DNA from: Pseudomonadota bacterium
GTDB lineage: Bacteria > Pseudomonadota > Alphaproteobacteria > Acetobacterales > Acetobacteraceae
NCBI GenBank assembly: GCA_021815825.1
Contig: JAKAZO010000005.1
Span: 5,790 to 69,789 of the forward strand
Length of the DNA stretch: 64,000 nt
Reading direction: 5' to 3'
A program made the translations under genes and the position numbers. Position 1 is the first letter of the stretch. Every line of letters begins with the position of its first letter. This document shows positions 30,811 to 39,787 of this stretch, one piece after another. Under the pieces are notes generated by a model that was given only the letters and a program-made list of their open reading frames with translations, ran no database searches and had not been told where the DNA came from.

Positions 30811-31263
30811 ATGCAGTTCGACCATATCGGCTTCGTCGTCCGCGATCTCGCGGCCGGCCGCGAAACGCTGCAGGACGGATTAGGCGTCTCCGCCTGGACC
30901 GGGATTTTCCGCGACCCGGTGAATGACGTTTTCGTGCAGTTCGGTCGCGCGCCGGCGCGTGGCGGCCCGCCCGGCATCTGCTACGAGCTGATCACGCCGC
31001 TCTCGGCCGCGAGCCCGGTGACGGCGGCGCTCTCGCGCGGGGTGAATCTGCTCAATCACGTCGCCTACCGCGTCACTTCCCTGGCCGCGGAGGCCGACCG
31101 GTTCGAGGCGCTCGGCTTTCTCGTCCTCGGGCCGCCGAAGCCGGCGGTCGCCTATGGCGGCCGGCCGATCCAGTTCTTCCTCTCGCGCACACGGCTGATG
31201 GTCGAACTCATCGAGGCGCCCGACCATGAACATATCTATACCACGGCCGGCGATGCGGCCTGA
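30811..31263 (+). CDS. VOC (glyoxalase / methylmalonyl-CoA epimerase-like) family protein
   Basis: MQFDHIGFVVRDL...LNHVAY...ELIE is a paired beta-alpha-beta-beta-beta metal-site pattern. Start reset to ATG 30811. Confidence 0.7.
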   Translation: MQFDHIGFVVRDLAAGRETLQDGLGVSAWTGIFRDPVNDVFVQFGRAPARGGPPGICYELITPLSAASPVTAALSRGVNLLNHVAYRVTSLAAEADRFEALGFLVLGPPKPAVAYGGRPIQFFLSRTRLMVELIEAPDHEHIYTTAGDAA

Positions 31264-31296
31264 GACCACACCCGTCCCGACCCAGGAGAGCGTTCC

Positions 31297-32580
31297 GTGA
31301 CCCGCATCGTCTTTGTCGGCAACTGCCAGGCCGAAACGCTGAGCCTGGTCTATAAGCGCTGCATCGCTCCGGTCACGGGCGCCGTCGCCAGCCACGTCCT
31401 GACCTATACCGACCCCAGCGATGCCGACCGCGCGGCGCTGAGCCAAGCGGACATCATCGTCGAGCAGGTGTTCGATTTCGAGCAGCGGTTCACGCTCGCG
31501 GTGCCCGGCCGCTCGGTGCGGATGGTGCGATTTCCCTGGGTGGCGGCGCATTTCCTGTGGCCCCACTTCAACGAAGCCCACCCGCGCAACACGCCCACCT
31601 GGTTCCTGCCCTCGGGGCCCTGGCCGGCCCAGCTCGGCGATTCGGTGCTCAACCGGATGATCAGCCAAGGCGTCGGCGCGGCGGAGGCGGCGGCGCGCTA
31701 TCTCGATCTCGACCTCGCGACGACGGCGCGGCTGGACCGGCGCTACGAAATGATCATCGACCGCCAGCGCGACCGCGACGCGCAGGCGGAGATGGAGACG
31801 GCGAATTACATCGAAACGCGATTCCGCGACGAGCGTCTGTTCGTCTCTCCGGACCATCCCGATCTCGGGCTGTTCCTCCACCTCGCTTGCCAGGTCTACG
31901 AGCGCCTCGGCGCCAGCTCGGCGGACATGGCGCGGGTGCGGAGCATGCTGAGCCGGACGCCGTTCCCGCTCGAGGAATCGCCGATCCATCCCGCCGTCGC
32001 GCGCCATTTCGGCCTGCGCTTCTGGCGCGAGACCGACCGCTACCGCCACCTGCGCAGCGGCTGGTTCAGCGCCGCCGAGTATTATCGCCGATACATGGAC
32101 TACCAGTGGGACGAGATCGCCCACGAGGGCATCGCGCTGGCCGAGACGGGCCGCGACGAGGACGCCCTCGCCCGCCTCGGCGAGGGCGTCCAGCGCTCGC
32201 CGCGCTGCGGTGCGGCCTTCGCCAGCCTCGCCCACGTGCTCGGCCGCCTTGGTCGGTCCGGCGAGGCCGAAGCGGCGGTGCGGCAGGCGGTGGCCCTGGC
32301 GCCGGACGACCCGGCGATCCGCAGTTCGCTCGGGCACGTGTTGGCCCGGCTCGGCCGCGGGGAGGAGGCCGCGTCGGCCTTCGCCGACTCCCTCGTGCTG
32401 GACCCGGACGCGGCGCATACGCAGATGTCCTTCAGCCACGCCCTCGTCGCGCTCGGGCGCCACGACGAAGCGATCGCCCCCGCCCGCGCCGGAATCGCCG
32501 CCGAACCCTTCCGCCCCGAATGGCAGGCGCATCTCGACGCTCTTCTGGACCACGTGGGCCGGGCTGCGAACCCGCGCTGA
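31297..32580 (+). CDS. WcbI-like N-terminal domain fused to C-terminal TPR repeats
   Basis: GTG start 8 nt after AGGAGA. The N-terminus IVFVGNCQAE is typical of the WcbI-type capsule-associated domain (from memory). The C-terminal ~140 aa contain several Ala/Leu-periodic TPR-like units. Confidence 0.55.
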   Translation: MTRIVFVGNCQAETLSLVYKRCIAPVTGAVASHVLTYTDPSDADRAALSQADIIVEQVFDFEQRFTLAVPGRSVRMVRFPWVAAHFLWPHFNEAHPRNTPTWFLPSGPWPAQLGDSVLNRMISQGVGAAEAAARYLDLDLATTARLDRRYEMIIDRQRDRDAQAEMETANYIETRFRDERLFVSPDHPDLGLFLHLACQVYERLGASSADMARVRSMLSRTPFPLEESPIHPAVARHFGLRFWRETDRYRHLRSGWFSAAEYYRRYMDYQWDEIAHEGIALAETGRDEDALARLGEGVQRSPRCGAAFASLAHVLGRLGRSGEAEAAVRQAVALAPDDPAIRSSLGHVLARLGRGEEAASAFADSLVLDPDAAHTQMSFSHALVALGRHDEAIAPARAGIAAEPFRPEWQAHLDALLDHVGRAANPR

Positions 32581-32772
32581 CGGGCGGCGGCGTCGCCTGC
32601 CAGTGGCGGACCTTCAGCTGTGAACGGAGTGATGTCCGGCGGAGCGATGATCTCCTGGACCGTCGGCTGGTGGCCATTCATAGGGAAGCTTGTGTAAAGA
32701 ACTAAGGATCTGCTTGCCCGGTCTGACGAAGCGGCCTATCGATACGGTCCTGGTTGCGGAGAAGAAAACGTT

Positions 32773-33624
32773 ATGAAAGCGATACGCATCGTTCCAGGTT
32801 CCTTGGTCGCACTGACCATCCTGATGCCCGGGACCCGAGCTCAGGCGCAACAACTCGCAGTCTCGCTCGTGCAAACGGTCAAGCCGATCATCCGTTCTTA
32901 CCCCGGAGTAAGCCTCGGCATCCTAGGCATCCAAACCGGAATGACCGTGGCGCAAGTCGAGGCCATCGCTGCCAAAAACAATTTAGGCAAGCCTTTGGAG
33001 ACCAAAATAAATTGTTCCTATACATTCAATGGCATCACAGCACAGTCTCAGGAATTCATAGCGCAAATTGAATATGGAAGCGGCACTGATCATGACTTCA
33101 TACTGTATTTTAATAGTCCAGTTACTGGAAATACCCTCTCATCTATGTATCGTGCGATCACTTTCCGGACTGACGGTCCGCAGAAGCAGCCGCTCCGGAG
33201 CGCACTCAAGGCAGATCTTGTCAAACAATACGGAACACCTTCGGCTCCAGATGCTGCCTTAAGCGGTGGAGCGGGCGGTTCCGCATACTACTACGCTTCG
33301 ACGTGGCTATACGGTGATAAATCTGACCTGAAATGTCCAACGAATTTTTGTCCGTCTTTCGGTTCCCCCAACACGTATCAACATAAGAATTATGACCTGA
33401 AAGAGATCGACAACCAACATATGCAAGCATTTGCTCCTGCGGGACTTCAGAATGGTGTTGATTTCATGATATCCACTTCGATTTTTGTTGGCTCTTACGG
33501 TGGCGAATTGAGCAATTCTCTAACGGTCGCAATGGGTGATTTTCAAGCCGTAGAAAGCGACGTTTCGGCGGCAAAAGAACAATTTCAAGCTGCGATATTG
33601 AAAGTCTCAAACAAACAGAAATAG
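32773..33624 (+). CDS. secreted hypothetical protein (ORFan) on an AT-rich island
   Basis: GGAGA lies upstream of the ATG. A Sec signal is present (LVALTILMPGTRAQA-QQ). Codon usage is atypical for the replicon (AAA, AAT, TTT and ATA codons). I recognise no domain. Confidence 0.6.
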   Translation: MKAIRIVPGSLVALTILMPGTRAQAQQLAVSLVQTVKPIIRSYPGVSLGILGIQTGMTVAQVEAIAAKNNLGKPLETKINCSYTFNGITAQSQEFIAQIEYGSGTDHDFILYFNSPVTGNTLSSMYRAITFRTDGPQKQPLRSALKADLVKQYGTPSAPDAALSGGAGGSAYYYASTWLYGDKSDLKCPTNFCPSFGSPNTYQHKNYDLKEIDNQHMQAFAPAGLQNGVDFMISTSIFVGSYGGELSNSLTVAMGDFQAVESDVSAAKEQFQAAILKVSNKQK

Positions 33625-33937
33625 TCGCGCATGGTCGAGAGAGGGCTGCCGGGTCCCGATCGTCAGGGTCGTCCCGCGGCTGTAATTTGATCCAACCCGT
33701 CCGCCGGGTCCGGGCACCGGCGCCCATGGTGAACCCTCTTTCGGCAGACGGTCGGACGCGGAGGTCCGGCCGCGGTTGCGCAGGATCCGGCGCACCGGGG
33801 AGGCAGCGGCGTGGTTTGCGCTCGGTGCCGCCGGCGCCAGCCGTCGACTGACCGTGAACCTTGAACAGGACGATGCCCGACGCGGTACATCGGACCGCGC
33901 GGATCGACGCATCGGCCGATGTCGCCGGGCTCCGGCC

Positions 33938-35215
33938 CTACCCGAACACCAGCCGCGGCAGCCAGAGCGTCAACACCGGCACGTAGGTGATGATGCCGAG
34001 CACGATCAGCAGCAGCAGCAGGAACGGCAGGATGCCGCGGATCACCTCGCCCACCGGGGCGGCGGAGATCGTTGACAGCACGAACAGATTGAGCCCCACC
34101 GGCGGGTGCACCAGCCCGATTTCCATGTTGTGGGTGAAGATGATGGCGAAATGCACCGGGTCCACGCCGAGCGGGGCGAGCACCGGCGCCAGGATCGGCA
34201 GCACCAGCAGCAGCGTCGCCGTCACCTCCAGGAAGCAGCCCAGCACCAGCAGCAGCACGTTGATGGCCAGCAGGAACTGCCAGGTGGAAAATCCGTGCGC
34301 GACGGTGAATCGCACCAGCGCCGCCGGCACGCCGGACTCGGTCATCCAATGGCCGAAAGCCAGCGCGCAGGCGACGATGAGCATGATCACCGCGGCGCTG
34401 CGCAGTCCTTCGGCGATCACCGAAAGCGTCTCGCTGAGCCGGAAGCCGCGATAGACGGCGAGGCTGACCAGAAGCGCCACCACCGCCGCGATCGCCGCCG
34501 CCTCCGTCACCGTGACCAGACCGCCATAGATGCCGACCAGCACCACGATTGGCACGCAGAGCGCGGGCACCGCCCGCCAGGTTATGCGCAGCCGCGCGGC
34601 GAGCGGCAGGCTCGGCTCGCGTGGGAAATTCCGCCGCCGCGCGTCGAACCATACCCACAGGAAGAACGCCGCGGCCTGCAGCAGCCCGGGCAGGATGCCG
34701 GCGAGAAACAGCCGCGGCACCGACTGCTCGGCGACGATGCCGTAGAGGATCAGCGCCAGCGACGGCGGAATGACGATGCCGATGGTGCCGGAGGCGCCGA
34801 TCACGCCGAGCGCGAAAGACCGCGGATAGCCACGCTCCAGCATCGCCGGCAGCAGGATCGTGCCCATCGCCAGTGCCGTCGCCACCGAAGAGCCGCAGAT
34901 CGCCGCGAACAGCGTGCAGGCCACCACCGTCACCAGCCCGAGCGAGCCGCGCACGCCGCCGAGCCAGGCGCTGGCGACATCGACCAGCGCCCGCGCCACG
35001 CCGCCACGGCGCATGAACGAGGCGGCCATGACGAACAGCGGCAGCGCCATCAGGGTCGGCGAGTTCAGATGGTCGATGATGACCTGCGCCTCGCCGATCA
35101 GCGGCTGGCCGGAGACCCAGTACAGCACCCCGGCGCAGACCCCGAGCACCAGGAAGATCGGCATTCCCAGCGCCAGCAGGCCGAAGAACAGCACCAGGAA
35201 GAGAACGGCTCCCAT
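33938..35215 (-). CDS. dctM: TRAP transporter large permease
   Basis: 425-aa polytopic protein with a DctM-type N-terminus (LLALGMPIFLVLG). Confidence 0.85.
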   Translation of the reverse strand: MGAVLFLVLFFGLLALGMPIFLVLGVCAGVLYWVSGQPLIGEAQVIIDHLNSPTLMALPLFVMAASFMRRGGVARALVDVASAWLGGVRGSLGLVTVVACTLFAAICGSSVATALAMGTILLPAMLERGYPRSFALGVIGASGTIGIVIPPSLALILYGIVAEQSVPRLFLAGILPGLLQAAAFFLWVWFDARRRNFPREPSLPLAARLRITWRAVPALCVPIVVLVGIYGGLVTVTEAAAIAAVVALLVSLAVYRGFRLSETLSVIAEGLRSAAVIMLIVACALAFGHWMTESGVPAALVRFTVAHGFSTWQFLLAINVLLLVLGCFLEVTATLLLVLPILAPVLAPLGVDPVHFAIIFTHNMEIGLVHPPVGLNLFVLSTISAAPVGEVIRGILPFLLLLLIVLGIITYVPVLTLWLPRLVFG

Positions 35216-35241
35216 CGCGACGGACGGCGGTCAGCGCGCGA

Positions 35242-35799
35242 TCACGAAGCGGGCGGCGCGTCGTGCAGCCCCTCGAGCTCGTGCGCGGCACGGTGGCCGA
35301 TGGTCATGCGCGCCGGATCGAAGGCAAAGAGATAGCGCCCGAGGCGGATCACGTAGCGCAGCGCCATCAGCCCGCTGCCCACCGGCAGGGCGAGATAGTA
35401 GAGCCACATCGGGAACTGCAGATCCGTCGAGCTGCGCTCATCGAGCTGGTAGGATCCGGCGACGATGCTGGCGCCATACCAGGCGAGCGCGCCGCAGAAG
35501 CCGATGGCGACGAGGCAGTTGACGATCTCGGCGATCCGCTGCCCGGAGACGGGGAGCAGCCGCAGCACCAGGTCCGGGCGCACATGCCCGTCCGTCCGCA
35601 CCAGATCGCTGCCGGTCAGCAGCACCGCCCAGACGAGGAGATAGACGATCGCCTCCTCCGCCCAGGAGATCGCATGCGCGGGATCGACGTAGCGGCCCAG
35701 CACCTGCGCGGTGCCGGCCAGCAGCGCCGCCAGCCCGAGCAACCCGACCACCCCGCGCTCGATCCAGGTGACGGCGCGGCCGATGTCAGCCCAGCGCAT
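35242..35799 (-). CDS. dctQ: TRAP transporter small permease
   Basis: 185 aa with 4 TM segments, lying between dctP and dctM. Its start overlaps the dctP stop. Confidence 0.75.
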   Translation of the reverse strand: MRWADIGRAVTWIERGVVGLLGLAALLAGTAQVLGRYVDPAHAISWAEEAIVYLLVWAVLLTGSDLVRTDGHVRPDLVLRLLPVSGQRIAEIVNCLVAIGFCGALAWYGASIVAGSYQLDERSSTDLQFPMWLYYLALPVGSGLMALRYVIRLGRYLFAFDPARMTIGHRAAHELEGLHDAPPAS

Positions 35800-36823
35800 C
35801 CTGGGCCACCTGGCGTACCACCTCGGGCGAGATTTTCAGCAGCTTCGCGACCGCATCCTGCTCGGCGACCATGCGTTTGCGCGCATCGAGGATGGCCTCC
35901 GGCGTCGGGTCCGTGATCGCCACGCCATGGCCGATCAGGATGTCGCGCGCGCGTAGCTGCGCGGCCTGCATGTTGGCGCGGTAGGTGGCGATGTTTTCTG
36001 CCCACAGCCCGCTCATCAGCGCCTGCAGGTCCGGCGCCAGACCGTTCCAGAAGATGCCGCTCAGCATCGGGATATACACACCGACGAACTGATGATCGGC
36101 GAGCGAGGATTTCACCCCCGCCTCCCACAGCTTGGCGCTGGCCAGGCTCTCGTCGGTGCTGATCAGCCCGTCGAACGTGCCCTGGGAGAGGGCGAGCGGG
36201 ACGTTCGGCCAGGCGGTGGTGTTGGGAATGCCACCCCAGAACCGCGTCCGCCAGGCCAGCCCCGCTCCGCCGGGATTGCGGATCTTCATGCCCTTGAGGT
36301 CGGCGAGGGAGTGCAGCGGCCGGGTCGCGCTGTACCAGTTCTGGTAGCCGAGATCCAGCCACTTGCCGAGCACGTGCGCCTTCAGCCGTTGCTCGATCTT
36401 GCCCGCGACGGCGGCCCCTGCGGCGCCGTCGATGACGCGGTTCACGACCTCGATCGGCTGACCGTACATCGCCGGGAGCTGGAACAGGTCGGCGTCGGGG
36501 ATGAAGCCGGTCAGCGTCCAGGCCCCGGGACAGGCCATTTCCACCTGCCCCTGCACCAGCGCCTTGGCAACGTCGAGATCGGGGAAAAGCTGCCCGGAGG
36601 AAAACAGCTCGGTGGTGATGCGCCCGCCGGACCGCGCCTCCAGCGCCTTCAGGTAGGCGGCGACGGTGACGTTGCGCAGATGCGAGGGCGCGGTGTCGAG
36701 CGAGCAGCGGATATGCACAGCGTCCGCCGCTCGCGCCGAGCGAATGAACGGCAGCGCCATCGACGCAGCACCCAGGCTGCCACGGGATAACAGCCCACGA
36801 CGGGTTATCACGCAGCGTTCCAT
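35786..36823 (-). CDS. dctP: TRAP transporter substrate-binding protein
   Basis: Tat/Sec-like signal (TRRGLLSRGSLGAASMALPFIRSARA) followed by a DctP-family body. Start reset to ATG 36823. Confidence 0.8.
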   Translation of the reverse strand: MERCVITRRGLLSRGSLGAASMALPFIRSARAADAVHIRCSLDTAPSHLRNVTVAAYLKALEARSGGRITTELFSSGQLFPDLDVAKALVQGQVEMACPGAWTLTGFIPDADLFQLPAMYGQPIEVVNRVIDGAAGAAVAGKIEQRLKAHVLGKWLDLGYQNWYSATRPLHSLADLKGMKIRNPGGAGLAWRTRFWGGIPNTTAWPNVPLALSQGTFDGLISTDESLASAKLWEAGVKSSLADHQFVGVYIPMLSGIFWNGLAPDLQALMSGLWAENIATYRANMQAAQLRARDILIGHGVAITDPTPEAILDARKRMVAEQDAVAKLLKISPEVVRQVAQDALG

Positions 36824-36902
36824 GCTTCCTCCCTGCCGCCCGGCTTGTCGCCGTCCGGCTGTGCCGGACTCGCCTGCTTCTGGGCGCAAGCGGCGGCGCG
36901 CG

Positions 36903-37550
36903 TCAAGCAGTGGGCTGGAGGCGAAACAATGTCACCGTCCGCTCGGTGCGGTCCTCGAGCTCGGTCGTCGTCGCCACCGCGATGCGCGCCAGCGCCACCA
37001 GCCCCTCCGCCGGCAGGTAGGCACGGCCCGGATCGGCGATCCATACCTCCGCGGTTCCGGCCAGGCAGCGCAGCCAGGGCAGGATATGGCGCGTCATCGG
37101 CGCCTCGTAGCAGACATCGCCGCAGAGTACGATGTCCCAGCGGCACGGTGTGCCGACCAGATCGGCCGCGATCACCTCGACGGCAGCGCCGTTCGCCGCC
37201 GCGTTGAGCGCGATCGCCGCGGCGGCGAGCGGATCGATCTCGGCGGCCTCGACGCGCGCCGCGCCGGCCTGCGCGCAGGCGATCGCAGCGAGGCCGCAGC
37301 CGGCGGCGAAGTCCAGCACGCGCCGCCCGGCGACGAGGCCTGGATGATCGAGCACATACCGTGCCAGCGCCTGCCCGCCCGGCCAGGCGAAAGCCCAGAA
37401 CGGCGGCTCGATGTTGCGCGTGGCCAGCCACTCCTCGCTCGCCTGCCAGATCGGCGTGATCGCATCGGCCAGATGCAGCACGATCTCCGGCACCAGCGCC
37501 GTCCGCGCCAGCCGGGTCTGCGCGGCGATGAAGCTGGCCGGATCCGTCAC
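36903..37550 (-). CDS. class I SAM-dependent methyltransferase
   Basis: SAM motif I is VLDFAAGCGLAAIA, with an acidic motif II (EAAEIDP). The GTG start overlaps the ubiA stop (GTGA). Confidence 0.6.
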   Translation of the reverse strand: MTDPASFIAAQTRLARTALVPEIVLHLADAITPIWQASEEWLATRNIEPPFWAFAWPGGQALARYVLDHPGLVAGRRVLDFAAGCGLAAIACAQAGAARVEAAEIDPLAAAAIALNAAANGAAVEVIAADLVGTPCRWDIVLCGDVCYEAPMTRHILPWLRCLAGTAEVWIADPGRAYLPAEGLVALARIAVATTTELEDRTERTVTLFRLQPTA

Positions 37551-38446
37551 AGCCGGCCGAGGAGGATCGCCGCGCCGATCGCCAGCCCGACCTCGCGATT
37601 GGCCTTGAACAGCGCCAGGCAGCGCGCCGGGTCGTCGATGTCGATGCGCAGCACCTGCCACGCCAGCAGCGCCGCGGGCAGCGCGAGCAGGCCGAAGAAC
37701 GGCACCGCCAGCCCTGCGCGCCAGCCGGCGGCGGCGATCAGCGCCACCGTCGCGCCGTAGCACACGGCCAGGAAGGGCCGGGTCTGCGCGCCGAACAGCC
37801 GTGCCGTGGAGCGCACCCCGATCAGCGCGTCGTCCTCGCGGTCCTGATGGGCATAGATCGTGTCGTAGCCGAGAATCCAGGCGATCGCGGCGGCATAGAG
37901 CAGCAGCGCGGTCGCATCGACGCGTCCGGCGGCGGCGGCGTAGCCCATCGGCGCGCCCCAGCCGAAGGTGAGGCCGAGCATCGCCTGTGGCCACCAGGTG
38001 ACGCGCTTGGCCAGCGGATAGACCGCGACCAGAACCAGGGAGGCAACGCCGAGCCCCTGCGCCAGAATATTCAACTGCAGCAGGATCAGCAGCGAGAGTG
38101 CGAGCAGCCCGGCGAGGAACACCGCCGCCCCGCGCATGCGCACCGCGCCGGAGGCGAGCGGACGGCCGGCGGTCCGCGTCACCTGCCGGTCCATGTCCCG
38201 GTCCCACATGTCATTCACGACGCAGCCGGCGCCGCGCATCAGCACCGAGCCGAGCGCGAACAGCACGATCAGCCACGCGCTCCGCGCCGCCGGCGGCCGG
38301 GCGAGCAGGATGCTCCACAGGCCGGGCAGGAACAGCAGCCAGGCGCCGATCGGCCGGTCGAGCCGGGCGAGCAGCGCGTAGGGGGCCCAGGGCCGCGGCA
38401 GCCGGGCAATCCATCCCCCGGCGACAATGTCAGTATGCGCGCGCAT
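37547..38446 (-). CDS. ubiA: 4-hydroxybenzoate polyprenyltransferase
   Basis: UbiA prenyltransferase motif NDMWDRDMDRQVTRTAGRPLASG, and a polytopic membrane protein. Confidence 0.85.
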   Translation of the reverse strand: MRAHTDIVAGGWIARLPRPWAPYALLARLDRPIGAWLLFLPGLWSILLARPPAARSAWLIVLFALGSVLMRGAGCVVNDMWDRDMDRQVTRTAGRPLASGAVRMRGAAVFLAGLLALSLLILLQLNILAQGLGVASLVLVAVYPLAKRVTWWPQAMLGLTFGWGAPMGYAAAAGRVDATALLLYAAAIAWILGYDTIYAHQDREDDALIGVRSTARLFGAQTRPFLAVCYGATVALIAAAGWRAGLAVPFFGLLALPAALLAWQVLRIDIDDPARCLALFKANREVGLAIGAAILLGRL

Positions 38447-38559
38447 CGCCCCGTTGTGCCCGCCGGCGCGCCCGCGGGCAATATCACCGGCCCGGCGAGA
38501 TCTGGCCGCAACGACGACGGTCTGCTACTGCTCCGAAACGAAGCCGGCGAGGGACCACG

Positions 38560-38904
38560 ATGCCGCGAGCGCGCCCGTCCGTCCTGTTCAGCGCCCTGAT
38601 TCTGCTCGGCATGCTGCTGACGCTGCTCGGCGCGGTCGCGGCCCTGCTCGGCCTCGGCGGCGCGGCCCCGGAGACGTTCAAGGGGCTCGGCCTCAGCGTC
38701 AGCTCCGCCGGGCCCGGATTGGTCATCGCCACGCTCGGCATCAGCCTGATCTTCATCGCCACGCGCAAGGTGCGCGGCGGCGTGCAGGTATTCGCCATCA
38801 CCGAACGCACGCCGCTGGAACGCGGCGCGGATCTGGTCCCCTGGCTGCTGCTCGGACTGCTCGCGCTCGATGCCGTGGCGTTGCTCTGGTGGCGGCTCGG
38901 CTGA
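38560..38904 (+). CDS. small integral membrane protein (about 3 TM segments), unknown function
   Basis: 114 aa. Hydrophobic spans are SVLFSALILLGMLLTLLGAVAALLGL, GLVIATLGISLIFIA and LVPWLLLGLLALDAVALLWW. It lies 46 nt upstream of the S8-like gene on the same strand. Confidence 0.5.
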   Translation: MPRARPSVLFSALILLGMLLTLLGAVAALLGLGGAAPETFKGLGLSVSSAGPGLVIATLGISLIFIATRKVRGGVQVFAITERTPLERGADLVPWLLLGLLALDAVALLWWRLG

Positions 38905-38950
38905 GATCGGTCCGGCCGGAATTCGCCGGCCGGGACGGGAGGAAACCGCC

Positions 38951-39751
38951 ATGAACGTCGATACCGACCCGATCGAGATCATGGGTTCCGAGCCGACCGG
39001 CCGGCTCGGCGATCTCTTCGATGCCGCCACCGGCCGCTACTTCGCGCCCACGCCGCAGCCGCATTATCGCGACATGCTGCGCCAGCTCTATCTCTCCCAG
39101 GCGCCGGGGGCGAGCGACGCGCGCTTCGACGCCGTCTGGCCTTTCATCTGGGACCTCACCGAATACCCGCACGACCCGAACCAGCTCATCGCCATCCTCG
39201 ATACCGGGGTGCTCGCCAACCACCCGCTGCTCAAGGCGTGCCTGCGCGAGGTCGTGGATTTCACCGGCGAGGGCGGTGAGGACCGCAACGGGCACGGCAC
39301 GCTCGTCACCCTGCTGGCGCGACTGATGATGCCCGGGCTGCCGCGCGGCAAATTCGTGGTCCTGAAATGCGTCGGCGCCGACGGGCGCGGCGCGCAGGAG
39401 AACCTGATCCGCGCGCTCGGCTGGATGCGGGATTTCAACCGCCGCGGCACGGCGCGCATCACCACCGCCAATATCAGCCTCGGCGTCTATAACCATAAAT
39501 GGCTGGTGCTCGGCTGCGACGGCACCTGCCCCCTGTGCCGCGCCGCGGTCGAGGCATCGCAGGAGATTGTCCTCTCGGTCGCCGCCGGCAACATCGCCGG
39601 CAAGACCGCCTGCCCGGCCCGCGCCGCGTTTCTGCCGTCCAACCCCGCCATCCTCGCTGTCGGCCGCAGCGACGAGGCGACCAGCGGCGTCGGCACCGTC
39701 ACCGACTTGGTCGAGCCGACAAAGCGGGTGATATTCGAGCCGAAGTCCTGA
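38951..39751 (+). CDS. cytoplasmic subtilisin-like (S8) domain protein that ends before the catalytic-Ser region
   Basis: GGGAGGA lies upstream of the ATG. The Asp motif (IAILDTG), His motif (GHGT), ISLG and the oxyanion Asn (AAGN) are collinear with subtilisin up to ILAVG. The protein stops about 20 aa later with no GTSxA motif. No signal peptide is present. Confidence 0.65.
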   Translation: MNVDTDPIEIMGSEPTGRLGDLFDAATGRYFAPTPQPHYRDMLRQLYLSQAPGASDARFDAVWPFIWDLTEYPHDPNQLIAILDTGVLANHPLLKACLREVVDFTGEGGEDRNGHGTLVTLLARLMMPGLPRGKFVVLKCVGADGRGAQENLIRALGWMRDFNRRGTARITTANISLGVYNHKWLVLGCDGTCPLCRAAVEASQEIVLSVAAGNIAGKTACPARAAFLPSNPAILAVGRSDEATSGVGTVTDLVEPTKRVIFEPKS

Positions 39752-39787
39752 ACCTCAGGACGCCGAAGGCTCGACCGCTCAAACGCC

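Noticed and set aside
32581-33937. AT-rich island considered as a prophage remnant, IS element or integrative element
   Set aside because: No integrase, transposase or tRNA gene is visible, and no terminal inverted or direct repeats appear at the composition boundaries. Only a single ORF is present, so it is reported simply as an anomalous-composition ORFan.
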